A stretch of 32,000 bases of DNA from assembly GCF_023169545.1 (NCBI RefSeq), contig NZ_AP019769.1:180001-212000 (forward strand), given 5' to 3'. Positions within the stretch are counted from its first letter, which is position 1. Every line of letters starts with the position of its first letter. Both the position numbers and the translations under genes were made by a program. The notes under the pieces are model-generated. The model had not been told where the DNA came from and did no database searches. It saw nothing but the letters and a program-made list of their open reading frames with translations. This document shows positions 8,693 through 17,200 of this stretch, piece after piece. The DNA is from Nanobdella aerobiophila (lineage in GTDB: Archaea > Nanobdellota > Nanobdellia > Nanobdellales > Nanobdellaceae).

Positions 8693-9135
8693 TCTCTTTA
8701 GGAAGGAAGTATATAAATGCAGAGAATCATATATTGGGTAGATTATCTTCTTATGTAGCGAAATATTTATTGGAAGGGTATGAAGTATATATTATAAATT
8801 CAGAAAAGGTAATAGTAACCGGAAAATGGAAAAATCTAGTTCAATATTGGAATCATAAGATCAATGAAAGAGGAGACTGGATAAAAGGTCCATTTTATCC
8901 AAAGAGGTCAGATAAGATATTGCGCAGAGTAATAGCAGGTATGCTTCCTAGAAATAATAGGGGCTCTAATGCATTAAAGAGATTAAAAGTATATCTGGGA
9001 GTACCTGATGAACTAAAGAATATAAAATTTGAAGTCATAGATGATTGTATAATATATAATAGGTTAAATACAGGAAGAATAAAAGAATATTATACTCTAT
9101 CGGCGATAGCAAGACAGGTTGGTGGAAAGCTTTAA
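8689..9135 (+). CDS. rpl13: 50S ribosomal protein L13
   Basis: INAENHILGRLSSYVAKYLLEGYEVYIINSEKVIVTG, MLPRNNRGSNALKRLKVY. 4-bp overlap with rpl18e. Confidence 0.85.
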   Translation: MISLGRKYINAENHILGRLSSYVAKYLLEGYEVYIINSEKVIVTGKWKNLVQYWNHKINERGDWIKGPFYPKRSDKILRRVIAGMLPRNNRGSNALKRLKVYLGVPDELKNIKFEVIDDCIIYNRLNTGRIKEYYTLSAIARQVGGKL

Positions 9136-9160
9136 AATATTTTTAGAATAAAGATATAAA

Positions 9161-9559
9161 ATGATTGTAATATCATCTGGTAAGAAAAAACTTGCAATTG
9201 CGAGGGCGTATATTAGAGAAGGAAGTGGAGTCATAAGGATAAATTCTAAGTTATTACAATTTTATGAACCAACTTTGGCAAGATTAAGAATATTAGAACC
9301 AGTATTATTAGCTGGACCTGAATATATATCTAAGGTAAATATTAAGGTTAGGGTAACTGGTGGTGGATATATGGGCAAAGCAGAAGCTGCTAGAATAGCA
9401 ATTGCAAAGGGATTGGTAAAATATTTTGATGATGATAAATTAAAACTATTGTTTAATCAATATGATCCAAGATTATTAAAGTCAGATCCTAGGAAAAAGG
9501 AACAAAGAAAATCTCCTACTTCAAAAGCAAGAAAACATTATACAACGGCATATAGATAA
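9161..9559 (+). CDS. rps9: 30S ribosomal protein S9
   Basis: GKKKLAIARAYIREGSGVIRIN, VTGGGYMGKAEAARIAIAKGLV, LLKSDPRKKE and a basic C-terminus ending in R. Follows L13 as in the conserved archaeal cluster. Confidence 0.9.
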   Translation: MIVISSGKKKLAIARAYIREGSGVIRINSKLLQFYEPTLARLRILEPVLLAGPEYISKVNIKVRVTGGGYMGKAEAARIAIAKGLVKYFDDDKLKLLFNQYDPRLLKSDPRKKEQRKSPTSKARKHYTTAYR

Positions 9560-9565
9560 AAATTT

Positions 9566-9877
9566 TTATTCAACCTTTTCGACTTTTACCTTTTCATCCT
9601 GTTTTATCTCTTCTGGCTCCGGTTCTTCACCAGATTTTATTGAGTATACAGCTTTAGAGATAATCCATATTTGTCCCATTGCTTTTACCAATTGGTGTGG
9701 AGCTATAATTCCCTTTATCCCTCTTTTTATCAGATCTTGATCTAGTACTCTAATTTTCCATCCATAAATTTTATTACCCGATATAATAGCATCTTCTACT
9801 TCCCCTAAGAAGTATCCGTCTTCAGTATATATCTTTGCATTTATTGTCTCAGATATTTTTTTAATATTTAATGCCAT
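9566..9877 (-). CDS. PRC-barrel-like small protein with acidic C-terminal tail
   Basis: AKIYTEDGYFLGEVEDAIISGNKIYGWKIRV fits the PRC-barrel pattern (V.t.dG..lG.v.D..id...i..l.v). Tail is SGEEPEPEEIKQDEKVKVEKVE. The track ORF extends to 9973 but that would overlap the cdc48 start. I use Met-33 (ATG complement at 9877). Confidence 0.5.
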   Translation of the reverse strand: MALNIKKISETINAKIYTEDGYFLGEVEDAIISGNKIYGWKIRVLDQDLIKRGIKGIIAPHQLVKAMGQIWIISKAVYSIKSGEEPEPEEIKQDEKVKVEKVE

Positions 9878-9952
9878 AAGAGAAAATAATCTATTAGATA
9901 ATTTAAAGTTTTCTATATTTATATTTAAAAGATATCTGTTGATATAGTATCT

Positions 9953-12346
9953 ATGGATAATAATTCGAACCATGAAGATGTTCCTGAAGTAAAAATGAAG
10001 GTTGCAGAGGCATTACAGAATGATTTATATAAAGGTATTGTTAGATTGGATACTGAAGCTATGAAAAAGATTGGTATAAGAATTGGAGATGTAGTAGAAA
10101 TAGAAGGTAAGAAAAAAACAGTTGCTATTGCCCAAATGTTGCCTCCAGAAGATTATGGGCTAGGAATTATTAGAATGGATGGTATTATTAGGAAGAATGC
10201 TAATGCAACATTGGGGGGATATGTGACAGTAAGAAAAGCTTCAGTTAAAGAAGCTCAAAAAATAATATTAGCTCCATCATCTAAAGGTGTAACCTACCAA
10301 TTTTCTCCAAGTTATATAAATTATATAAAAAGGTTATTAATTGGTAGAGCTGTATTAAAGGGAGACAATTTGGTTATAGTTCCAAGTTATAGGAAGAAAT
10401 TTGATTTATTAGATGATTTTGAGATTACATTTGTTGAAGGTTTATTTTCTATGGGATTTTCGAATGAATTAAGGTTGACTGTAGTAAATGGTCTACCAAA
10501 GGGAGCATTAGTAATTACAGAAAACACAGAAATAGAATTATTACCTCATGCTGTAGAATCGAAAGGAGAGCTACCTGAAGTAACTTATGAAGATATTGGT
10601 GATATGGATGAGGTTGTACAAAAAGTAAGAGAATTAGTGGAATTGCCATTAAAATATCCAGAATTATTTGAAAGGCTTGGCATAGACCCACCAAAAGGTA
10701 TATTATTATATGGACCTCCAGGTACAGGTAAGACTTTATTAGCAAAAGCCGTAGCAAATGAGAGTGGAGCATATTTTATAGCAATTAATGGACCTGAAAT
10801 TGTTTCTAAATATGTCGGGGAAAGTGAAAAGAAATTGAGAGATATATTTGAAGAAGCTAATAAAAATGCACCTGCGGTAATATTTATAGATGAGATAGAC
10901 GCAATAGCTCCTAAAAGAGATGAGGCAGTAGGAGAAGTAGAAAGAAGGTTAGTTGCCCAATTATTGACCTTAATGGATGGTTTAAAGGCAAGGGGTAAGG
11001 TAATAGTCATAGCAGCAACTAATAGACCTGATGCTGTAGATCCAGCATTAAGAAGACCCGGAAGGTTTGATAGAGAAATAGAGGTACCAGTTCCAAATGA
11101 ACATGGTAGATATCAAATATTGAAGGTACATACAAGAAATGTTCCTATAGGAAAAATAGTAGAAGATAATGGAAAAAAGATATATACTTTATTAAATGAA
11201 AAAGAAAAAGACGAATTGATAAGAAAGTTGGCATCTATAACATACGGCTACGTAGGTGCAGATCTTTCTGCTTTAGTTAAAGAAGCAGCTATGAATGTTA
11301 TTAGAAGGATATTACCAGAAATTGAAAGATATGGAGATAAAATACCAGATGAACTATTAGAGCAGATGGTTGTTACAGAAGAAGATTTTATGTCTTCATT
11401 AAAATTAGTTCCACCATCTGCAATGAGGGAAGTATTGGTAGAAGTTCCGAAGGTTAGGTGGAATGATATTGGAGGATTAAAGGAGATAAAACAGCAATTA
11501 AAAGAATCGATAGAATGGCCAATAAAATATAGAAAAATATATGAAAAAGTAGGCATAGACCCACCAAAAGGTATATTATTATATGGACCTCCAGGTACAG
11601 GTAAGACTTTATTAGCAAAAGCCGTAGCAACGGAAATAGGTGCAAATTTTATAGCTATAAAAGGACCTGAAATATTCTCAAAGTGGTTTGGAGAGAGCGA
11701 AAAAATGGTTAGAGAGATATTTAGAAAGGCTAAACAAGTAGCACCCTCCGTGATATTCTTTGATGAAATTGATGCGGTAGCACCAAGAAGAGGAATAGCA
11801 CATAGTATAGATGTATATGATAGTATAGTAAATCAATTATTAGCAGAAATGGATGGTATTACGACAAAAGGAGATGTAGTTACAATAGCAGCAACTAATA
11901 GACCAGATATATTAGATCCAGCATTATTAAGACCTGGAAGACTTGATAGAATAATATATATACCAGCGCCAGATTATGAATCAAGATTGGAAATATTAAA
12001 GATAAAAACTAGGAGTGTACCACTAGCTAAAGATGTTAGTTTAGAGGAGTTGGCTAGGATAACTGAGGGTTATAGTGGTGCAGATTTAGAATTATTAGTT
12101 AAAGAAGCAGCTATGAATGGACTTAGAAAAATATATAATGAAATTAAGCTTGACAATGATAGTGATCAAGAAACTCTGAAGAAAATAGAAGCATTAAATA
12201 TATTTATAACTATGAGCGATTTCAGAGAAGCACTGAACAGGGTCAGACCATCAATAACTAAAGATATGGAAAATTATTACAAAACCTTCACAGAAACATT
12301 TAGAACTAATATATTGAATAATAATTCAAATAAGTATTATGGATAG
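9953..12346 (+). CDS. cdc48: Cdc48/VCP/VAT-type AAA+ ATPase (N domain + D1 + D2)
   Basis: N domain LKVAEA-like start ([31 protein letters not shown]). Two AAA modules each with [15 protein letters not shown] Walker [19 protein letters not shown] Walker [19 protein letters not shown] second region of homology. C-terminus ends KYYG (HbYX-like). An alternative start is Met-14 (9992). Confidence 0.95.
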   Translation: MDNNSNHEDVPEVKMKVAEALQNDLYKGIVRLDTEAMKKIGIRIGDVVEIEGKKKTVAIAQMLPPEDYGLGIIRMDGIIRKNANATLGGYVTVRKASVKEAQKIILAPSSKGVTYQFSPSYINYIKRLLIGRAVLKGDNLVIVPSYRKKFDLLDDFEITFVEGLFSMGFSNELRLTVVNGLPKGALVITENTEIELLPHAVESKGELPEVTYEDIGDMDEVVQKVRELVELPLKYPELFERLGIDPPKGILLYGPPGTGKTLLAKAVANESGAYFIAINGPEIVSKYVGESEKKLRDIFEEANKNAPAVIFIDEIDAIAPKRDEAVGEVERRLVAQLLTLMDGLKARGKVIVIAATNRPDAVDPALRRPGRFDREIEVPVPNEHGRYQILKVHTRNVPIGKIVEDNGKKIYTLLNEKEKDELIRKLASITYGYVGADLSALVKEAAMNVIRRILPEIERYGDKIPDELLEQMVVTEEDFMSSLKLVPPSAMREVLVEVPKVRWNDIGGLKEIKQQLKESIEWPIKYRKIYEKVGIDPPKGILLYGPPGTGKTLLAKAVATEIGANFIAIKGPEIFSKWFGESEKMVREIFRKAKQVAPSVIFFDEIDAVAPRRGIAHSIDVYDSIVNQLLAEMDGITTKGDVVTIAATNRPDILDPALLRPGRLDRIIYIPAPDYESRLEILKIKTRSVPLAKDVSLEELARITEGYSGADLELLVKEAAMNGLRKIYNEIKLDNDSDQETLKKIEALNIFITMSDFREALNRVRPSITKDMENYYKTFTETFRTNILNNNSNKYYG
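10679..10757 (+). repeat. 79-bp perfect direct repeat, copy 1 (Cdc48 D1 Walker A region)
   Basis: ggcatagacccaccaaaaggtatattattatatggacctccaggtacaggtaagactttattagcaaaagccgtagcaa is identical base-for-base to 11552-11630. Confidence 0.95.
11552..11630 (+). repeat. 79-bp perfect direct repeat, copy 2 (Cdc48 D2 Walker A region)
   Basis: Identical to 10679-10757. The offset is 873 bp (291 codons), so the copies are in frame. Both encode [26 protein letters not shown]. Confidence 0.95.
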
Positions 12347-13043
12347 TTTTTTTATTTCTCAAAGATTATTTTTTGGCGATAAATTAAATGAAAGAATTTT
12401 TAATTCTTCAGCTACGATAGTTGGTTTAGGGGGTTTGGGGTCTTGGATAGCGGAAATTTTAACTAGAATTGGTATAAAAAGGTTAAATCTTGTAGATTTT
12501 GATATTGTTGAAGAAAAAAATTTGAATAGGCAAAATTTCACTTTAAAAGATAGGAAGAAATACAAAATTGATGCTATAGAGGAAAGATTAAAGGAGATAA
12601 GAGAGGATATAGATATAAAAAAATATCAAAAGATTCATGATGATATTTTTGATACTGATATATTTTTTGATGCAGTGGATGATATAAATACAAAATTTTT
12701 ATTAAACGAATACTCTGTTTATCTAAATAAACCTTATATATTCGGGTCTGTTGTTATGTCAGAGGGGTATGTAGGTTTAATAAATCCAAAGGATTTTTGT
12801 TTTTATGACATATTCTCTAACAAAACTAACTTTATGACCTGTAATTTGTATGGTGTAGATCCTGCTTCTGTAATATTCGCATCATCTTTAATGGTTGAAT
12901 TATTTTTAAAATATTTAGACAGATATAATAATGGAATTCTATATCATTTTAATCTAAAAAGATTTGATTTGTATGAAGTAAAGGTTAGGAAAAATAATTG
13001 TAAAATATGTGTAAGGAAGGAATATGAAAGAATATGGAAATAA
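12339..13043 (+). CDS. ThiF/MoeB/HesA-family E1-like adenylyltransferase
   Basis: Rossmann/ATP motif IVGLGGLGSWIAEILTRIGIKRLNLVDFDIVEEKNLNRQ aligns with E. coli ThiF IIGLGGLGTPAALYLAGAGVG..DDDDV..SNLQRQ. Candidate catalytic-loop Cys in MTCNLYGVDPA. C-terminal CKIC. The first zinc CxxC is degenerate (FCFYD). ATG lies inside the last codons of cdc48 (8-bp overlap). Confidence 0.8.
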   Translation: MDSFFISQRLFFGDKLNERIFNSSATIVGLGGLGSWIAEILTRIGIKRLNLVDFDIVEEKNLNRQNFTLKDRKKYKIDAIEERLKEIREDIDIKKYQKIHDDIFDTDIFFDAVDDINTKFLLNEYSVYLNKPYIFGSVVMSEGYVGLINPKDFCFYDIFSNKTNFMTCNLYGVDPASVIFASSLMVELFLKYLDRYNNGILYHFNLKRFDLYEVKVRKNNCKICVRKEYERIWK

Positions 13044-13861
13044 TAGATATAATAAATGAAATAAAGAAGAAAGATAATCTAAGAAATGTTTCTGATAAGG
13101 TAGTTGAAAATATAGTAAGGAAGGAATTAAAAAAGAGGCCATATTTATATGATAGACTATATAATATAAGAAACGTAAAACAATTAAAAAATGATCCAGA
13201 TTTTTATTTATTTTTTAAAGAAGTAAGAAAAATATTACATGATATATATGAAGTATTTTCTATTGACCAAAATATTCAAAATATTATATTTGATGAAGAA
13301 TTAAGTCTAGAGCAGAAGATAATTAACCTACTAATGTCAGCTAAATCTACAGCTGAAAGGTTAAATTTCTATAAAGAAGTATATGAAAATATATTTATAG
13401 ACGAACCAGATGAGATACTGGATCTTGCTTCAGGTTTGAATCCACTATCTATATTTTTTTCTGATAAAAAGCCCAATAAATATTATTATACGGATATTTC
13501 TGAAGAAATACTTGATATAAATTATCAGATTTTAAATATTCTGAATGTAGATAATGAAGGTTGGTTGATAGATCTATTCGAACCAGATGAAAGAATATAC
13601 AAACATTATCAATACATATTCTTTTGGAAAATATTTCCTTTATTGGAAAAATATGATTATTATTTACCAAGGAATATAATAGCAAATCTAGATTTTGATT
13701 ATTTAATTATTTCATTTTCACAAAAAAGTATCGGAAAAAGGAAGAATATAGGATTAGCATGGAGATATAAAATAAAAAGGTTCTTCCTATATAAATTAAA
13801 TTATAAAATAATAAAAGAATTTGATATACCTTATGAGTTTTTTATGATTGTAAAGAAATAG
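13034..13861 (+). CDS. FmrO-family (ArmA/RmtB-like) putative 16S rRNA (guanine-N7) methyltransferase
   Basis: Segment-by-segment resemblance to ArmA/RmtB as I recall them. N-terminal KKKDNLRNVSDKVVENIV vs ArmA KKYENLDSDIVEKVV. SAKSTAERL..FY..VYENIF vs HSSTNERVATLNDFYTYVF. SAM motif ILDLASGLNPLS vs LDFGCGFNPLAL / LDIACGLNPLAL. FFWKIFPLLEKYD vs FLLKMLPVLKQQD. LIISFSQKSIGKRKNIG vs FVISFPIKSLSGKEKGM. 10-bp overlap with the E1-like gene. Not verified by any search. Confidence 0.6.
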   Translation: MEIIDIINEIKKKDNLRNVSDKVVENIVRKELKKRPYLYDRLYNIRNVKQLKNDPDFYLFFKEVRKILHDIYEVFSIDQNIQNIIFDEELSLEQKIINLLMSAKSTAERLNFYKEVYENIFIDEPDEILDLASGLNPLSIFFSDKKPNKYYYTDISEEILDINYQILNILNVDNEGWLIDLFEPDERIYKHYQYIFFWKIFPLLEKYDYYLPRNIIANLDFDYLIISFSQKSIGKRKNIGLAWRYKIKRFFLYKLNYKIIKEFDIPYEFFMIVKK

Positions 13862-14192
13862 CATTTTTAATATTTAATATATCATTTTTATTATATATAT
13901 CGAGATTATTTTCATTAAATATCCATACTTCTATATCTATATTTTGAGATTTTTCGTAATATTTTACTAAATTATATAGTTGGTATAAATCCATATAATT
14001 TATATTATGTAATTTTATTTTTTTTCTGTTCCTCTTTACTTGTATAAGTTTTATTTTACCATCTCTACTTAGTGCTATAATATCTATAGGAGAATGAGAA
14101 CCTGGAGTCCTCCAGGTAGTATAACCCTGTTTTTCCAAAATACTTTTTACTTTTCTTTCATAATAATATCCTATTTTATAGTTGTTTGCCAT
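13842..14192 (-). CDS. hjc: Hjc-family Holliday-junction-resolvase-like nuclease (PD-(D/E)xK fold, QxK variant)
   Basis: GYYYERKVKSILEKQGYTTWRTPGSHSPIDIIALSRDGKIKLIQVKRNRKK parallels Sulfolobus/Pyrococcus Hjc (..ER.....L...GF.V.R..GS...D..A......L.IExK). E12, D37 and K53 are present, but the ExK glutamate is Q51 (codon CAA, complement of 14040-14042). Its 3' end overlaps the convergent methyltransferase gene by 20 bp. Confidence 0.7.
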   Translation of the reverse strand: MANNYKIGYYYERKVKSILEKQGYTTWRTPGSHSPIDIIALSRDGKIKLIQVKRNRKKIKLHNINYMDLYQLYNLVKYYEKSQNIDIEVWIFNENNLDIYNKNDILNIKNAISLQS

Positions 14193-14210
14193 ATATATGA
14201 ATAATATTTA

Positions 14211-14221
14211 CTAATATAAAA
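14211..14221. promoter_or_regulatory. candidate shared/bidirectional TATA element between hjc and polD-large
   Basis: The 51-bp divergent spacer (14193-14243) contains CTAATATAAAA, which reads TTTTATATTAG on the other strand. It lies about 27 bp from the polD ATG (14244) and about 24 bp from the hjc ATG (14192). This fits leaderless transcripts in both directions. Confidence 0.3.
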
Positions 14222-14243
14222 GTATAATTTCAATATCTTTATT

Positions 14244-17200
14244 ATGAACGATATGGACCAATATTTTTCGGATATAAGAAAGAAGACCTTAGAGGCCTAT
14301 GAGCTTGCAAAAAAGGCTAGATTACTAAAATTAGATTCTACTGATGATGTAGAGATCCCAATATCCGAAGATATGTCTGAAAGAATAGTTAATTTATTGT
14401 CTAATATAGATCCTATAATAAAAGAAATAAATCTACCTGAAAAAATAAGGGAAATAGAAAAACAATATAAAGCTCTATCATTTGCTACCATATTAAAGAT
14501 TGCTGATTATGTCTCTGAACAGATATATAATAAAACGAAAGATAAGCTAAGAGCAATAGATCTAGGTATTAGGTCTGCATTTACATATCATACTCTAGGA
14601 GTTGTAGCAGCATCTACAGAAGGCATTATTAAGGTAATCTCAAAAAAAAGAAGAGATAATAAAGAATATTTATCTATATATTATGCAGGACCTGTTAGAT
14701 CTGCAGGAGGTACTCCGCAGGCATTTTCTGTAGTTGTTGCAGATCTATTAAGAAAAAAGTTTGGTTATGAAAAATGGGATCCAGATAATGATGAAGTACA
14801 GAGATACGTAATTGAAGTATATGACTATAAAAGAATGGCGCATTTGCAGTATACACCAAAAAAGGAAGAATTAGAATTCGTTCTACAGAACCTACCAATA
14901 GAAATTAATGGTGAAGCTACATTAGAGTCCGAAGTTTCTGGTTATAAAGATTTACCAAGAATAGAAACAAACTTTATTAGAGGCGGTGCAATGCTGGTTC
15001 TAGCAGAAGGAATATGTCAAAAAGCAGGAAAAATTTGGAAAAAGCTGGAACCTGTAGCAAAAGATTTTAATTTGGAGGATTGGAAATGGTTATCGGATTA
15101 TAAAAAGTTACAAGAAAGAATATATAGTAGTTCATCAGATTCAGGGGAAAAGATAAAACCAAATTCAAAATATCTTGCTCAACTAACTGCTGGAAGGCCA
15201 ATTTTTTCCTTACCATCTGCGAAAGGTGGCTTTAGATTAAGATATGGCAAATCTAGGACAAATGGACATGAAGCATCATCTATTCATCCTGCGGCTGCTG
15301 CTTTGACATACAATTTCTTAGCATGGGGTACACAAATTGCAGTTGAGAGACCTGGAAAAGCATCGGCAGTTACATTTTCAGATACTATAGAACCTCCTGT
15401 TGTAAAATTAAAAGATGGTTCTGTTAAAAAAATATATTCTGAAAAGATTGCTAAAGAATTGATAGATAAAAATCTAGTAGAAAAAATATTATTTTTAGGT
15501 GATATACTATTTACTTATGGAGACTTTTTGGATAATGGTCATATATTGGTTCCTGTAGGATATTGTGAAGAATGGTGGGTTTTAGAATTTGAGAAGAATG
15601 CTAAAGAAAAATTAAAAGATTTTGAAGTAGTTTTTGATATGCTTAAACCTAGAAAAATGTTTGAAATAAAAAATCTTGATAAATTGTCTGATTATTTAAA
15701 TATAGATAAATCAAAATTAGAAGGTTATATAAGAGATCCATTAAGAATAAAACCAGATCTTATTGATTCTCTAAAAATATCATTGTTATTGGATGTACCA
15801 TTACATCCTTTGTATACCTATTTCTGGAAAGATATATCAGCAGATGATATAATATATTTATTGAATTACATTAAAGATAATTCTAAAATAGATATAGAAA
15901 AGATAAAAATAGGTGACAAAGAAGTTAATATAGCTAGAAGAATAGAAATAAATTATGATGAAAATGTAAAGAGGATTTTAGAAGAGATTTTAATAGAACA
16001 TAATCTAGAAAATAATAAAATTATAATAAATTATCCGGATTCTGCTGCTTTTTATTTACAAGTTGGATATATAAATGATATACCTAGTAAAGGTGCAGAA
16101 AACAATGGATATGAAATAATTAGCAGGGTATCTGTATTAAAAATAAGGGACAAGGTAGGTACTTATATAGGATTAAGGATGGGGAGACCTGAAAAGGCGA
16201 GGATTAGAGAACTAACAGGTTCTATAGTTGTACTATTTCCAGTAGGTAAAGAAGGTGGAAGAATGAGGAACTTAATGGAGTCTAGAAATTATGGAAAAAT
16301 TTTAGCAGATTTAAAATTATATTATTGTCCAAATTGTAAAATATATGTACCATATAGAAAATGTATATTTTGTAAGTCTGATACAAAATTACTAAATACT
16401 GAAGATAATAAAACTCATAAGGTATACAATATAGATATAGGAAAATATATTGAGGCTGCGTTAAAAAATCTAAATATGGATTCTTCTCAAGTACCAAAAA
16501 TAATCAAAGGACCAGAAGGTTTATCTTCGAAGGATAAAGAACCAGAAAGATTAGAAAAAGGGATATTGAGGGCTAAGTATGGGGTATTTGTATTTAGAGA
16601 TGGAACTACAAGATTTGATGCAATAGAGGTTCCTATTACATATTTTAAGCCAAAAGATTTATTATTTACACCGATAGAAAAATTAAAGGAATTAGGATAT
16701 ACTAGAGATATATATGGAAATCCATTAGAAAATGAAGAACAGATACTTGAATTAAAACCACAAGATATAATATTACCTATTGTAGGTCCATATAAAAAAG
16801 CTGGAAAGATAAAGATGGATGGATTTTTAAGATCATTGATAAATACTACTAGGTTTTTAGATGAAGAATTGGAAAGACTATATAATCTTCCTAAATATTA
16901 TAATGTGGACAGGCCTGAAGATTTACTAGGGCATTTATTAATAGTATTAGCACCGCATACTTCTGCAGGCGTTGTTGGACGAATAATAGGATTTTCTAAA
17001 ACACAAGCATTATTAATGCACCCATTGATGCATGCTGGTATAAGAAGAAATTGTGACGGTGACGAAGGTGGTTTTATATTATTATTAGACGCATTAATCA
17101 ATTTTTCAAAAAATTATTTACCAGAAAAGAGAGGTGGTATGATGGATGCTCCATTAACAATAACATTAAAGTTAAAAGGAATGGAAGTAGATGACGAGGT

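Noticed and set aside
9878-9973. N-terminal 32 codons of the track ORF for the PRC-barrel protein
   Set aside because: They would overlap the cdc48 start and remove all promoter space. The sequence [23 protein letters not shown] looks like translated AT-rich spacer. Met-33 gives a typical PRC-barrel size.
10515-11645. Several antisense ORFs inside cdc48 (10515-10772, 10585-11010, 11248-11556, 11454-11645)
   Set aside because: All lie opposite a very well supported AAA+ gene. Two of them share the peptide [26 protein letters not shown] only because they are the reverse translation of the 79-bp repeat. This is evidence for the repeat, not for genes.
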